Source of the DNA: Amoebophrya sp. A120
Lineage: Eukaryota; Protista; Dinoflagellata
Reading direction: 5' to 3'
Assembly: GCA_905178155.1 (NCBI GenBank)
Contig: CAJINV010000004.1
Coordinates: forward strand, 5,124,619 to 5,188,618
DNA length: 64,000 nt
Under the pieces are notes generated by a model. The model did not search any database, was not told the origin of the DNA, and was given only the letters and a program-made list of their open reading frames with translations. Below, in pieces: positions 12,985 to 25,700 of this stretch; within the stretch, counting starts at the first letter, position 1, and each line of letters starts with the position of its first letter. Both the position numbers and the translations under genes were made by a program.

Positions 12985-15809
12985 TCAATCCTCGAGCCGC
13001 AGCGTTCGGTTGTACCCGTTCGCGTGTCGCATGAGGTAAAACGCCAAGAATTCGCACGGGTCGTCTGGGCGGAACTTGGCCACTTGCTCCAGCCCCCCGA
13101 ACAAAACCGGAATTACCGTTGCGTAGAGGTAGTCCTTGGCCCCCTTGTCGGCCAACGCCTTTTTCAGCAGCGCCTGCTCGTCCAGCCCGGCCCCGCCCTC
13201 CTTCAGCAAATCCAGTAACGGGTGCAGGGTGGAAGCAGTGAGTTTCGCCTATGAGAGTGCACAACTCCCCCTCCCCCTCACTTGCGTTGCATGAACAGCA
13301 ACACAAGCGCTGCCGCTGGCAAAGATGCAGCATTTGCATGACAAATTCCTAGAAGTAGACTGTCGTGCTGTTTTGGATTCCCGAATCTGTCATGCAAACA
13401 GTGCTAACAGGCAAAAGGTGGATTTGGAATTTTGCATGACAAATGAGGGGGAGGGGGAGTTGTGCACATTCATATCGCCCGGGACTTTTCCACGAACTTC
13501 TCGAACTGGCTTTCACAAGCCGCGACTTGCTCGACAAAGTACAGCGGGTTCAGCACCAGCTGCCGCACGTCCTCGACGTAGTGGACGTAGACGTTGTTGA
13601 AGGTTTCACTGGAGTGGTCAAACGCCTCGTTAGTGACCACATCCTGCATGCGCAACGCCGATGGATCTTTCGCAGACACTGACCCGTCGAAGAAGATCTG
13701 CTGCACATCCTCCAGGGAGTCGCCCGTGTCAACGAAAAAAAGCTTCCCGCCGTTCTTCTTGTCAGAGACCCAATACTCCTGGTCGTGCAGAATCGCCGCG
13801 CACCCGGACTCTGTGCACACCCGGTGCACTAAACCGGAGTAGATGGCTGCGCCCTTTTTCAGCACCGTCGGCTCGAACATTAGCGGAAAATCCTCGCCGG
13901 GCCTGAGAAATGTAGTTGATTGAAGATGCGTGACGTACAAGACAAATCGCATCTTCTACGTGATCTAGCACGACGAATTTTGTTAGATTGCGGTGAAGAT
14001 TTGTCATGCAATTCACAATCACATCAGAAATACGACACAACTTTTGCAATGCTAATGGATACATAGGAATAGCACTCACATCATGGCAATACTTTGGCAG
14101 CTGCTGTGGTCTTTGCTGGAACTCGAGCGTCATGGCTCTTCTGGCTAAAACTCCTCTATCCATGGGCTGCACGCGCAAGTCCTTGCTCCCCTTCTCCCCG
14201 TTGAATAGCGCCTTTTTTGTTTTGTTCTGCCCGTTGAAGCAGGGGTGCTCGCCATGGTATGCATTGCAAATATGTCTGCGTCTGGACGAATGCAACTTGT
14301 CATGCTAAATGTGAATCATGCAAAAATCTATCTTGCATGATTACCAAAAGTCGTCCACTTTTGCCCAAGTTGGGAGGGGGTTTTTCATGCAGAATAGGCA
14401 TGATAGAGATCACACAGAATCTGTCATGCTAGGTACTGCATTCCAGACCCCCTGTGCCATGGAAAAACTGCATGACAAATCCGCATTCTTCGAGACCCAG
14501 ACATATTTGCATTTTATACATTGGCGTAGGCATTCATTTCCAACACCGCCTCGTCTAGCACGTCGGCGCTCATGGAGTGGAACACGATGGAGAAATCCCG
14601 CTTTTCCTTGGTCAAAGTTTGAATCAGTGTGAAAAAAGCCGGCACGAAGATGTAGCGGCCGAACCGGGTTAGATTCTCTTTCCCCTTGTCCGGTTGGTAC
14701 TTGCAGTCTTCGGAACTCTATGGGAGTGTCAGGATCGAAATCGAAAAAGTTGAAATAATCTGTGATGCATAAAATGCAAGGCACGAAGTGACTGTCTTGC
14801 AGGGATATTGCAAGTGAGGCCGATTGTAACTACCCTGTTTGGGGTTTGCTGGGATAGAGCAGCTGCTAAAGTAGCATGACAAAGGATGCCTTCTTTCGCT
14901 AGCAGGCATGACAAATTGGATTTCGATGACGCCGAAACTTGTCATGCACTGCTTGGAAATTGGGCTTCCAACTGGTATCGATTTTGTGCATCACAAATTT
15001 TTCGATTTTGTCAATTTCGATTCTGACACTTTCATAAACTCGTCTCATCTAGTATTGGCACGGCCATGTTCAACGCCTTGGCGAGCGGCTTCGGAAAGGC
15101 GATCGCCTTTACCATCTGGTCGAACGACGCGCGGAGTTTGGCGCCAGGGCCCGTCTTGACAAACTCCAGAATCATCTGCTCGTGAAGCTGATATCATTTA
15201 ACGTTTCTGTTTGTTCTTGATGAGTTCATGCGCAGCGGCTGGTAGAGCAAATGCAGACACTCAAGGTCAAGATTCATCATCAACAGCATGAGCAAAAGCT
15301 GAAAGTATACAGCTTCGCAATTCTCAAACCTATCAAGATTTTCATCTGTCTACGTAGTAAGTACCTGTCGGTTTTCGTCTTGTGTGAATTTTGATTGCCC
15401 CTGAATCGGAAACTTCATCGTAAGAAACTCGGTGTAGGAGTACATCTCGTCTGATGGTCGCTCCACTTGCACATCCGGGTGCGACAGGACGAACTCCTCA
15501 TCTAGTGGAATTTTTAGACTTACATACAGGAGCAACCGATTTTTTCGATCATTTCGGTGCACGCACAGTGTTTCATAATATCTTACTCACAAGATCTATC
15601 ATCGTCAAACAAAAAACCTACTCAACACTAGCATGCTAAGTACCTTCGACTATCCCCCACGCCTGGTCGGCGAGTGCGGTTTTTAAGGCCAACTCGGTCG
15701 TGATTATGCGTTCCTCCGCGTTTCCCTTGCCATCGGGATCTCCGACGAGCAGTGTTCGTGGCAAGTTGAAATGCAGCACCAACCGGCGCTTGGCCGGCTC
15801 CGCTGCCAT
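12985..15809 (-). CDS. Uncharacterised HAD-like protein with C-terminal Dpy-30 motif; 7 exons
   Basis: Starts MAAEPAKRRLVLHFNLPRT. GT-AG introns at 15502-15643, 15188-15364 and 13903-14092, plus three TAT..ATA elements. C-terminal KDYLYATVIPVLFGGLEQVAKFRPDDPCEFLAFYLM is a Dpy-30 dimerisation motif. The HAD-like call is from family recollection and is weaker. Confidence 0.75.
13250..13474. mobile_element. Introner-like intron, family B
   Basis: TATGAGAGTGCACAACTCCCCCTCCCCCTCA...TGAGGGGGAGGGGGAGTTGTGCACATTCATA; perfect TSD TCGCC; a GC-AG register exists. Confidence 0.92.
14258..14518. mobile_element. Introner-like intron, family F
   Basis: TATGCATTGCAAATATGTCTG...CAGACATATTTGCATTTTATA; TSD CATGG/CATTG (4/5); junction AYAN|GEHP. 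Confidence 0.87.
14719..15036. mobile_element. Introner-like intron, family A
   Basis: TATGGGAGTGTCAGGATCGAAAT...ATTTCGATTCTGACACTTTCATA; perfect TSD AACTC. Confidence 0.92.
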
Positions 15810-16735
15810 TATAGAAAATGAAGATGACTCGGGTCCTTTTATCCAGTTCGTCCTCCACACTTGTTAATTGACAAATGGAAATCTCAATGCAGCTTCTGGG
15901 TCAGCCTACGACTTTTTGGTGGTGGGTCGTAAAAGTCTCTCAGTAGATCTCTCCTTCCACTAACTCGATCGAAACTTCGCTGCCGGTATCATGCTTGCCC
16001 CAGGGATCTACTCGAAATCTCTGTTTCAGTTTCTCTCTCCCAAACTTTATTCTTTTTTAGTTTTACAACACGCTCTTTTTCATGAGCACAGGTTGGTTTT
16101 TGCCCTCGTGAAGGGACAAGATAACGACAGACGAAGCCGACGGATTGCCAAAACGACGAGAAAGAACAACACGACAGACTGACTACGAACAGAGAATGAA
16201 TCTGTACGTGTAGTTCCCGAAGGCGGGCACTACTTTTTTTCCTATAACGAACTACGTACAAGATACTGCCTGATGTGAATAATGTAGGTCGTGGATTCAG
16301 AATTTCTAATGGTAATGCTGGGAGACGTAAATTTCTTGGGATGTTCTTGTTACTTATGGGTGAATTCAGGTTTCCATATGGGCGTTTTTCACTTACAGTT
16401 TCGCTTACGAAGCCTAATGCTAATGTATTGTGGGATGGAGATTGCGAACCGCACTTCTTCGATGCATAAAAATCTTTCTCTTTGGCAGGTATGCGAAAAA
16501 TCATTCGGGTGGATCTTCATCTTGTTACTCTTTCACACCAATAAACAAAAACTGAATAAACGAAACACTGAATGATCTGAAACTCTAAAAACTCGATACC
16601 GGTCTACAGGTGGTCTGGATAAAGAACTTTCAGGACATTAGTATGTGAAGACCACTAGCTTGCAGCAGGGCAGCTAAGCCTCAGGCTAAAAGCAGCAGAC
16701 ACATTATGATCCACCTCCTCTGTTGGTTTTTCTCT

Positions 16736-19700
16736 TCAGTACATCTGCTGGTACCCGTAGCCGTAATCCTCTTGGTATCCTCCGCCCTTCCCCTTTCCCC
16801 CGCCGTACTGGCTATACCCCCGCGACGAACCCCCGCCCTTGTCATACCCGCCCCCACCGCCATACTGCGAGTAGCCCCCGCCCTTTCGCTGACTGGGCCC
16901 CCGGCGAACAGAACTGCGAGCGGATTGGTTGTTGGAGCTGTATCCGTAGTACGCCGCGTCTTCGTCCACATAGTCCACCGTGTTGCCAAACAACCCCCCG
17001 GATTCGCTTTGGGCGAAGTAGAGAAACACGCAGAGCCCGACGATCAAGAGCACGATTACCACCACGAGAATGACGGTAAACGTGTTACTCCCACCACTGT
17101 CCGTGGTGGAGGTTCCCGCCGTCGCCGTGCTCTCCTGCGTCCCGCCACCCAGCTGGTCCGAAGCTAGGTGGATGTTCTCTTGCAGCTCGTGCACCAGTTT
17201 GTCCAGCATGATCTGCACGTGGAGCAAAACCGTCCGGAACTTCTGGTCTGTGGTGAGCTGCGAGTTGTTCTTCAACTCATCCCGGAAATCGTCGATTCCG
17301 CTATTCAGCAACGCCAGCAGCTGGTTGAAATCCTCTCCCGATTTGCTGGCGACCAGCAGCTCGTACGAGTTGGCCCCCGAGGCGTCCTGCCCGGTCGAAC
17401 TCGCCTCGGCCCGGATGATGTCCAGCTGGTTTTTCAGCGAGGTTGTCAGAGTCACCAGCTGGGTCAAGGTCTGCGTCAGCTTCGGCGTCACCGGAGGATT
17501 CAAGTCCGCGTTCTGCAACTCGATTTCAAACTCTTGCAGCGCCGACTCCAGCCCCTTGACAACCTCCACGAGGTGCTGGCCGGAGAAGTTGTGCGCGTCC
17601 ACGTCCGCGCGGAACTCGGCCAGCGCGTCTTGCACGTGTTGCAGCGTGGCCTTGTTGACAGTGAGCGTCTGGCCGTCCGCGCCCGCGATCTGCACCTGAT
17701 TTTCTTCCAGCAGGTGCTGCTCGTAGGGCTTCGTCGACGTGTATAGAAATGCACAACTCCCCCTCCCCCTCATTTGTGTTGCATGAACAGCAACACAAGC
17801 GCTGGCAAAGATGCAGCTTTTACATGCCAAATTCCCCGAGGATTGTAGTGCTGTTTTGGATTCCGGAATCTGTCATGCCACCAGTGCTAAGAGGCAAAGG
17901 GTGGATTAGGAATTTTGCATGACAAATGAGGCGGAGGGGGAGTTGTGCGCTGTCATAACGTGGTCGAGGTCGTGCTCTCCTTGCCCGCTTCGATGGATTC
18001 CTTGTCCGTAGCCAGGATGGCGTTATGGAAGTGTCAGAATCGAAATTGACAAAATCAAAAAACTTGTGATGCACAAAATCGATGCCAGTTAGGCCCACAG
18101 TTTTTAGGCGGCGCATGACAAATTCTCCCCGTCCTGGAAGCGAATCTGTCATGCGGTTTAGGGCAAAAGAGCTGCCTTCTGTCATGCTAGTCAGCAGCCC
18201 AACACTTAACCCTTACCAGGACTACAGTCCGCCTTCCTTGCATCCTCTGCAATAGAGTCGCTTTCTGCGTAGCATTTTATGCATTACAGATCACTTCGAT
18301 TTTGTCGATTTCGATCCTGACACTCCCATAGGCGTGCTGGTACTCGTAGTGCTTCTGGGCCCCGGTGGGCGCGTCGCGAAACCCGCAGTTCCCAGATATC
18401 CGGCCCTGGGCCCGGGGGGTGGTTTTGGGGTCCAGGTTGTCCATCTCGATGGCCGGGCCCCGGTATTTTCTGCACTCCTTGTGCTCCATTCCGTTGTGCT
18501 CGTTGCCGAAATTGTACACGAACGCGTGGCAGTTCACGTCCCGCTCGCACTGCATCTGGCAGCCCCACAGCCCGGCCATGGGCGCGAACTTCCAGAAGTA
18601 GTGGCCCTGCAGCTCCCCCGCCGCGCCGGAGCAGGTCTTCCAGATGCCGCACTGCCCCGCGATGTGGCCCTCCGGGTAGTGCGTGTCCGCGTTCACCTGC
18701 ATCCCCACTTCGCCCAGTTTGCAGCCCTCGTCGGCCCGGGGGCCCCAGTCGTAGAAGGGGCAGCTGTCGTCGGCCTCGCAGGCCGCCTGGCACTCCTCGA
18801 GTGAGTACTGCGTGCCGTCGTCGTTCGTCACATGCCGCATCTGCTTGTCCGCGCCCTCCTTTTCGGTCAGCTTCATGTACACACTGGCGCACCGCTTCGG
18901 CATTTCGCTGGGTTCAAACGCGGAGTTCAGGTCCGCGTCGATGTCCCCGGTGTACCGCCCTCGCGTGCAAAACCCGGAGTCGTGGCCCTCCATGGAGCGC
19001 CGCCACACGAAGTACCGGCTCGGCTCTTGGTCAAAGAAGTAGCACTTGTCCGCGTCCGAAGTGGTCATGGTTTCGGCGACGCGCTCCTGGTCGTTGTAGG
19101 CCGCGGCGGTCGCGGCGCCGAGCCACTTGTGCACCTGCGCGCCCTGTTTCACAAAGTGCCACCCCATGCAGCCGTGGGTTTCCTGGCACTTGCTGCGGCA
19201 GGAATTGGACGTGATTTTTTCATCCCCGGTGAATAAGTTTGTGGCGTTCGTTGGGGTCGATTCGATCGCCACAATCTCCACCTCTCTCGCGATCCCGCAC
19301 TTTTGGTTGTACCAAGTCTCGCCCTGGCCCGGCACGGTTCGGACCCACAAGCCCGTTTCATCGTCGCGGTTCGGGCGGGGAGGCGGCGTGTATCCTGGGT
19401 CGCCGAGCTTTGTGGTTTGTTGTTCCATAGTGGATTCATGCTCAGTCGCGAGGTGTTCCTGCTGTTGTAGGTGCTGTTGCTGTTCTCCTAGTTTATTTTC
19501 TTGTTTATTCTTCTTTACCTCTACCTTCTGAACAAGGTGTTCTTCATTTTCTACCATTTTGTGCAGATGCTGCTGCTGGTGTAGGTTTTTATTTTTTCCC
19601 TCCTTGGCTTCTTCTACTGTGGTTTTCTCGACCTTTTTGTTCTTTTGCAGTTCTTTCTCCTTGTTCTTTTCGACCTTCTCCAGCTGGGAGGCGAGCTGGC

Positions 19701-22700
19701 TCGTCTTCACTACCGCATGTTGGTGGTCCCTCACCTGCAGGGAATGCTTCTCCGAAGGCTGCTCGTCCTCCTGTGTAGATGTTGAAACTTCTGTGCTATT
19801 TTTGCTCGTATCTCTATCTACTACTTCGCCGTCTGCCAGCTCGCCCGTGTTCCCGAAGCTGCCATCAGAGGGTTTCTTATCGTTGATATCCGCGAGTGAA
19901 TTCGAAGGCTGTACCAGCGTGGCGGCGTGAGAAGATGAGGACGAACTTGCGGTGTCAACAACTTTCCGGGTCCTCGTCCCTTGGTGCTCCGACATCTCGA
20001 GCTGCGAGGAAGAAGTTGAAGTAGTAACTACAGGCTCATCTACTTCAACCGGCGGCGCACCACCATGGCCTAAATTGTCGGACGAGTCAGCTTCTGACAA
20101 TCTGCCCGAGGTGGAATCACCCGAAGACATCGTCGACGCACCACGACCACTGGTATCATGATCCTCAATGTGTTGGTTCTTGTAGTTCCGTCTGTCTTTG
20201 TTCAAGACCGGCTGCAAGAAAGAACTCGCCGCAGCTGCCGCGGAAGAAGTTCCGCTGGGTTTCTCGTGGTGATGCAACCGCAAGGCGCAGACGAAGTTCC
20301 CGTTCTCCAGCTTTTTATTTTCGACTTTATTCGCCACGAAACTCGAACTATCAATGTGGTCAACAGTTGTTGTACTTCTACTTGATGCACTTCTATCGTC
20401 ACTTGCCTTCCTTTCCATGTGCAAGGCGCAGAAGGTTTTGTAGGCGAAGGTGTACCCTTGACACTTCCGCTGGCCGAAGCACAGCTGCTTGCAGAACTCC
20501 TCCTCTCCCGGACGGTCTAACAGCCCCAGGTCGACGAGAAACCCGTGCTCCGCCGCGGCCAACAGCACCGCGTGGGTCTCTGCTTCCCCGGTAACCGCCC
20601 AGCTGTCGTGCGTAAGGGCCTCGTAGTGCGCGATCAGCTTTTGGGATGTCGTGCTGGTCGCGGCTTCGTAGAACGGCGAGCCGTACACTTTGGAAGGATA
20701 CTGCCTTGTCTTGCTGTCCCACCCGAGGGATCCGAGGTGGTGGTTTATTTCCTTGTTATTTAGTTTTCCGCTACTCTTATCGTTATTCACTACTGCCCAG
20801 GGCTCCAGGGTTTTGAGCCAGGCGGCTACATCCTTTTCCTTCGGCTTGCAGTAGTGCATGTCCCACCGGTCGAACTCGATATCGAGGTCGTTGACGCTGC
20901 GCTCTGCGGTTGCCGTTTTCTGCTCCTTCGTGTCCCCCAACACCGCCCGGACGTTGTCCAGCTGCAACAAACCGGCGCTGAGTCGTTCGTAGACCTGCGC
21001 GGCGCCTGTGCCCTGGAAGCCCCCACCCGCGGAGCCCATCTGCGCTACTTCTTCGCAGTAGTCCCGCAGCAGCGACTGCGTGCGCAGCCCGCCCAGCCGG
21101 TAGATGGGTTGGTCGTTGGTCTTCACGGTACCATCCAGCTTCTCGTAGGGCAGGCCGAATTCGGGCGGATCGTACGCCGTGTTGGCCAACCAAACCGCGG
21201 CGTGGGGAGTGGGGTGCAGCAGCCGCGAGACGCAGGTCGCGAACGGCATTTGATCGTCGGCGAAGAGAATCACGTGGTAAAAGGGCCGGATCCGATTCAG
21301 CGCGTTTTTGTACGTTTGCTCTGCCGATTCTACCTCCGCGTCCAGCGCAGCCAGCCTCTGTTGCGCCGCCCGGGCTTCCGGCGTCAGCGTCGTAGGGTCG
21401 GCTGTAGATGCTGTGGTCGAGGACGAGAAGGAAACTTTTGTCCCTCCTCCTGCAGTCAAAGGAGGCGTAGCAAGAGGCTGAAGTCGTGGGGGGGTCATAG
21501 CATTTTTGTCGTTGCCCGTTGCCTTGTCTGAGTCGTCACTTCTCGCAACGTACTTCCAGACGCCTAGCTTTGCGTCCCTCTGCCAGCCCCACGACACGGC
21601 GCCACCACGACTATCTCCAGGAGCCTGTAAAGCGGCGTTAGCGTCGGCATTCGCGGCTGACGGGTTGTTGTTGTTTTCACCTGTTACTATTTCTCCCTCG
21701 TCCCCGCCGTCGACGCGCATCAAGAAGGGTGCGGGCGAGAACGCGAACACCTTGAAATTCCTCAAGCCGGTTTTCGCGAACACTTGTTCGAAGCCCTTCC
21801 AAAACTCGGAGAAAAATCCGCGTGTCATGTCGTCCATGTGGTTGTTCAGAGCGCGATCTCTCGCCAGCTGACTCGCCAGCATGTCTTCTCGTAATTTCTC
21901 GACCTGAACCGCCCGCCCAGCGGGAGTAGTTGAGGACCCACCTTCGGGCGGATTCATCATGCCCGGCCCGGCCTCCACACGGAGCTGCAGCTCCGCGACG
22001 TAGGCCACCAGACCCGCGAGACTGCCGCCCACCCCGTAGCCCGTCACAATCACCTCGTCGAAGGCATCCAGGTCGTGGCTTTCCAGGTAGTGCTGCACGG
22101 CCCACTGTACTGTGGGCTGAAAATCGTCTTGACCCTTTAAAATTTGTTCCCCGCTGGCTCTCGCATTTTCCTTTTCCAGCGGCACGGCCGCCGCGGGCAA
22201 GGCGCCCAGCTGCAGCTGCCCCTCGACCTCCAAACCCTGGACGGCCAACCCCACCTCGGTCGCGATGCTCGCAAAGTGCCGCGCGATGCCGAAAATGGGT
22301 TGATGTCCCTGTGAGCGACGAGCAGGAGCATCAGTGCCGTGATTATTTTCATCGAGCACAATTGCGTCTTTAACATCGAAGTTCTGGTCGGCAAACGTCG
22401 GCGGGTTGAAATAGGAGCGAAAGTTCCGGAGCGTGACCTTTCGAGTGGTAGAATCGGGCGTCGCGGGCGCGGTTCCGAAGACGATCCACAAAATGTGTTT
22501 GGTTTCCACCTCGTCGTCGTCTACCGACTCCAGGCCGCTGGAATCTGGGTCGTTCTGGTCGTTCTTCGCGACGCGGACGGTCTGCACGTAGAACCCAAAG
22601 TCCAGCTGGTCCAAAGTGCCGGAGGCATAGCTTGCAGCATCTTCGTCGGAAGATGTTGATTTTGATTTTCTTGTGTGGTCTAGCACCTCCGTACTAGTCC

Positions 22701-25700
22701 TCATCTTCGCGGTCGTGGTTCTTGCCACGATCTGGGAAGTGGATGCAGTTCCAGCTTGTAGTTCCTCCTGTGCCACTGCCGCTTTCTTCTTGTCTTCCTG
22801 CTCTACTTCGACTTGTGTCTTCTTCCTGTTCTCTTCTTCTTCGAGAAACGATGTAGCTGCGGCTGTTGTTCCCTGCACGGGTTGTACCACCTGGTCCCCC
22901 GTGCTCACGGTGGGGTCCGCATTGGCCGCATGGTAGGCGGGGTGTTCCACCGCGCGCCCCTGCGCGGTGGTCTCGCCGACCGTGGCGGTGCTGGGAACCT
23001 GGGAAGGCAACCCCTGCTGCGCACTTGCGCTACTGGTGTCTGCCAGCTGTTTCAGCACGGGCCAAGAACCGATCAGCGGCTCCAACGCGAAACCGGATGT
23101 GTCCACGTCCGCGAGGAGCTGCGGAATTTGCCGGTCCGGGTCCGGGCCGATCGCGAGAAACGCGTTCACGCTATCCAAACCCAAATTTCCCCCAGCACAC
23201 GTCGACGCACATCAAATGCGGATTCTGCATGACAAAACTTTCCTTCAATCCTCCTCAGCATGACAAGTGGAATGCGAATGCTCGACTAAGTTGTCGAGAA
23301 AATTTCTGATGCATGTTGTCCATGTACGGGAAATTTGTATTGCATACACCCGCATCAAATCGTACAGTGCCTGCAGGTCGAACGCGGCTCCCAGCTGTAA
23401 ATTGTACACCACGCGGTCCGCGGAGTCGTCTAGCGGCATCTTCGCGAGTTCTGCCAGGCCGTAGGTGGATACAAATGCTGGTCGTTGTGAAGTAGATTTA
23501 TTTTCCTCCTGCTCGACGCCATGTAGTTCCTCGCTGTTCCGGACCGCCAGCGCAGCCGCCCCCATGCTCCTATGCATTGCAAAAGCATCGTACTAGTATA
23601 AATCGCAATACAAATTTTTTCAGAAGGAAAAATGGAGTTTGTAATGCTGATTTGGCTAAGAAACAAGATTTGTCATGCATGAAAGCAAGTAGTACGAGTA
23701 CGATACTTTTGCACTTCGTAGCTCCCCGGCCCGTACAAAACCTCCCGCGCCGCCAACACCCGCTCCTGCCGTTGCGCCAGAGTCTCCTCGTCAAGAAGAG
23801 GTACAGCGGGCGGGGGTAGGCCAGACCCACCACCGCCTCCTCCACCATAGGAAGAGGATGACAGGATGGGCGCACTTTGCATCACCTGTGCAGAGGATTG
23901 CAAGTTCTTTAAAGCCTCGGCGATCCGCAGCTCCTTTTGGTACTGGAATTTTTGCTCCCAGAACGGGTTCTCAATCTCGTTGCAGGATATGGCCTGCTCA
24001 AACGTTACAATCTCAAACGTTACAATAGATATAGAATCTGGAATTTGTGTTGCATGAAGAGCATGAGGAACGCAGAGGGAATTGAGCTTTTCGAAATACA
24101 AATTTTGCCGGATTTCAGGTGGGTTTGGGGCTCCAGAACTTGTCATGCGCAATCGTATGAGAGTTGGCTAGATCATGCACTCGTCTTGCATCACAGATTC
24201 CCATATTCTGTTGTAACGTTTGAGATTGTAACGTCTGAGCGGGTCATACAGGACCAAATCCGCTTTTCCGGGTCCCCGTTCATGACTCTGCCACCTATGC
24301 AGCTGCCCGCGACAAAGCAAGTGGCGTACGCGTCGTCTCTTTGGTAGCAGGTCGCGTTCTGCTCCGGGGGGTGGTGGTCGGCGCAGCAGCCCGCGCTCAT
24401 GCAGTTCGTTTCCCGCGCCGCGCAGGGCTCCCGCTGGTCGATGTTCAGGCACTGCCAGGGCGTCTTTTCTGGCGTTCTCAACTGTTACATTCTCAACTGT
24501 TACATGAATTTGTGATGCAAGAATTGAAAGGGGGAATATTGCGCCTTTTGCATGACAGATTTGGCACAGATTCTCATCCTGTTTGTCCCTTCGGGAATTG
24601 GTCATGCGAAGCAGCTTGATCGTATCGATTGCGATTCTGTTTGGAATTTTGCATGACAAATCATGTAACAGTTGAGAATGGAACATTTGAGAACGCCATA
24701 TCTTTTCCTCGCCATTTTCGTCCTGGGCAAAAAGTTCGCCCGCCTGGCACGTCCCGACCTCACGGCACGAGGCCCAGTCTTTGTTCTTGGAAAAGCACTG
24801 GAAGTTCTCCTGCTCGCAGCACAGGGTCGCCATGCAGTTCTCGCCCGTCTTAGCGCACTTGAGCGGAAAAAAAGAGGTCTGTTCATTTGCATTTTCGTTC
24901 TCCTTTTCATCGGTGCTGGAGCTACCGCTGCCCGTCCCTGCTCCCACTAGTTCATCATCTCCATCGGCAGCAGTTGTACCAGCCTCCGTCGGTACTTCTG
25001 ACCCGCTGCCTGTATCCTCCTTTTTCCCCGTCACTGTCAAGAGAAACAGGATTGTGCCAGCGATGGCAATCACCAAACCGACCACTATCATGATCCACTG
25101 CTTCATGCTGCAGCCGAAGCACCCGTCGTCATTACTGCCCCCAGGAGAACCACCGCCTCCCCGGATCGACGGCCCGCGGGCAAGGACGGAGGGCCCGCGC
25201 GGGCCGGGCCCCGCCGCAGCCTCGGCGGGGTCCCGTTTGGTGCTGGTCTGCCGCTCCGACTCCTTTATAGGAGCCCCGAAAGAGGCAATGCCCGGCGCAC
25301 CGAGGGAGCCAGCCGGTCGCCCGTCGCCGAACATCGCGACCTCCTCGGAACCGATAGTTTCCCTCGCGCTCTTGTAGTTGCGTTTCGCGCTACCCTCGGC
25401 TCGGAGGATTTTTTTCTCAGGAGTAGCATTTTTCTCTAGTAGTTCTTCTTGTAGCACAACCTCGACCACGTCGTCCACAGAGGCGGAGGACGGGGCTGTC
25501 ACAACCCGGGAAGCAGACGCTCCACTGTCTGACTCTTCGTTTATTTGCGGCACATCAAAATTTGCGTTTTGCACCTCACCCTGGCGGTTCCTATTTTCGG
25601 TGCGGCTGCTCAAGCTCACGCTCACCTGGCCCGGCGGTGTGATCTTGAGAGCAAGACCATCTTGACGTTCCGATGGTCGTGGTCCCCTCGTGGCTTTCGC

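Noticed and set aside
13250-18330. Model of a 2-bp TA target duplication (Tc1/mariner-like) for the introners
   Set aside because: A TA|TA junction creates a stop at 13250-13474, whereas exact 5-bp repeats outside TAT...ATA explain these sites and keep frame.
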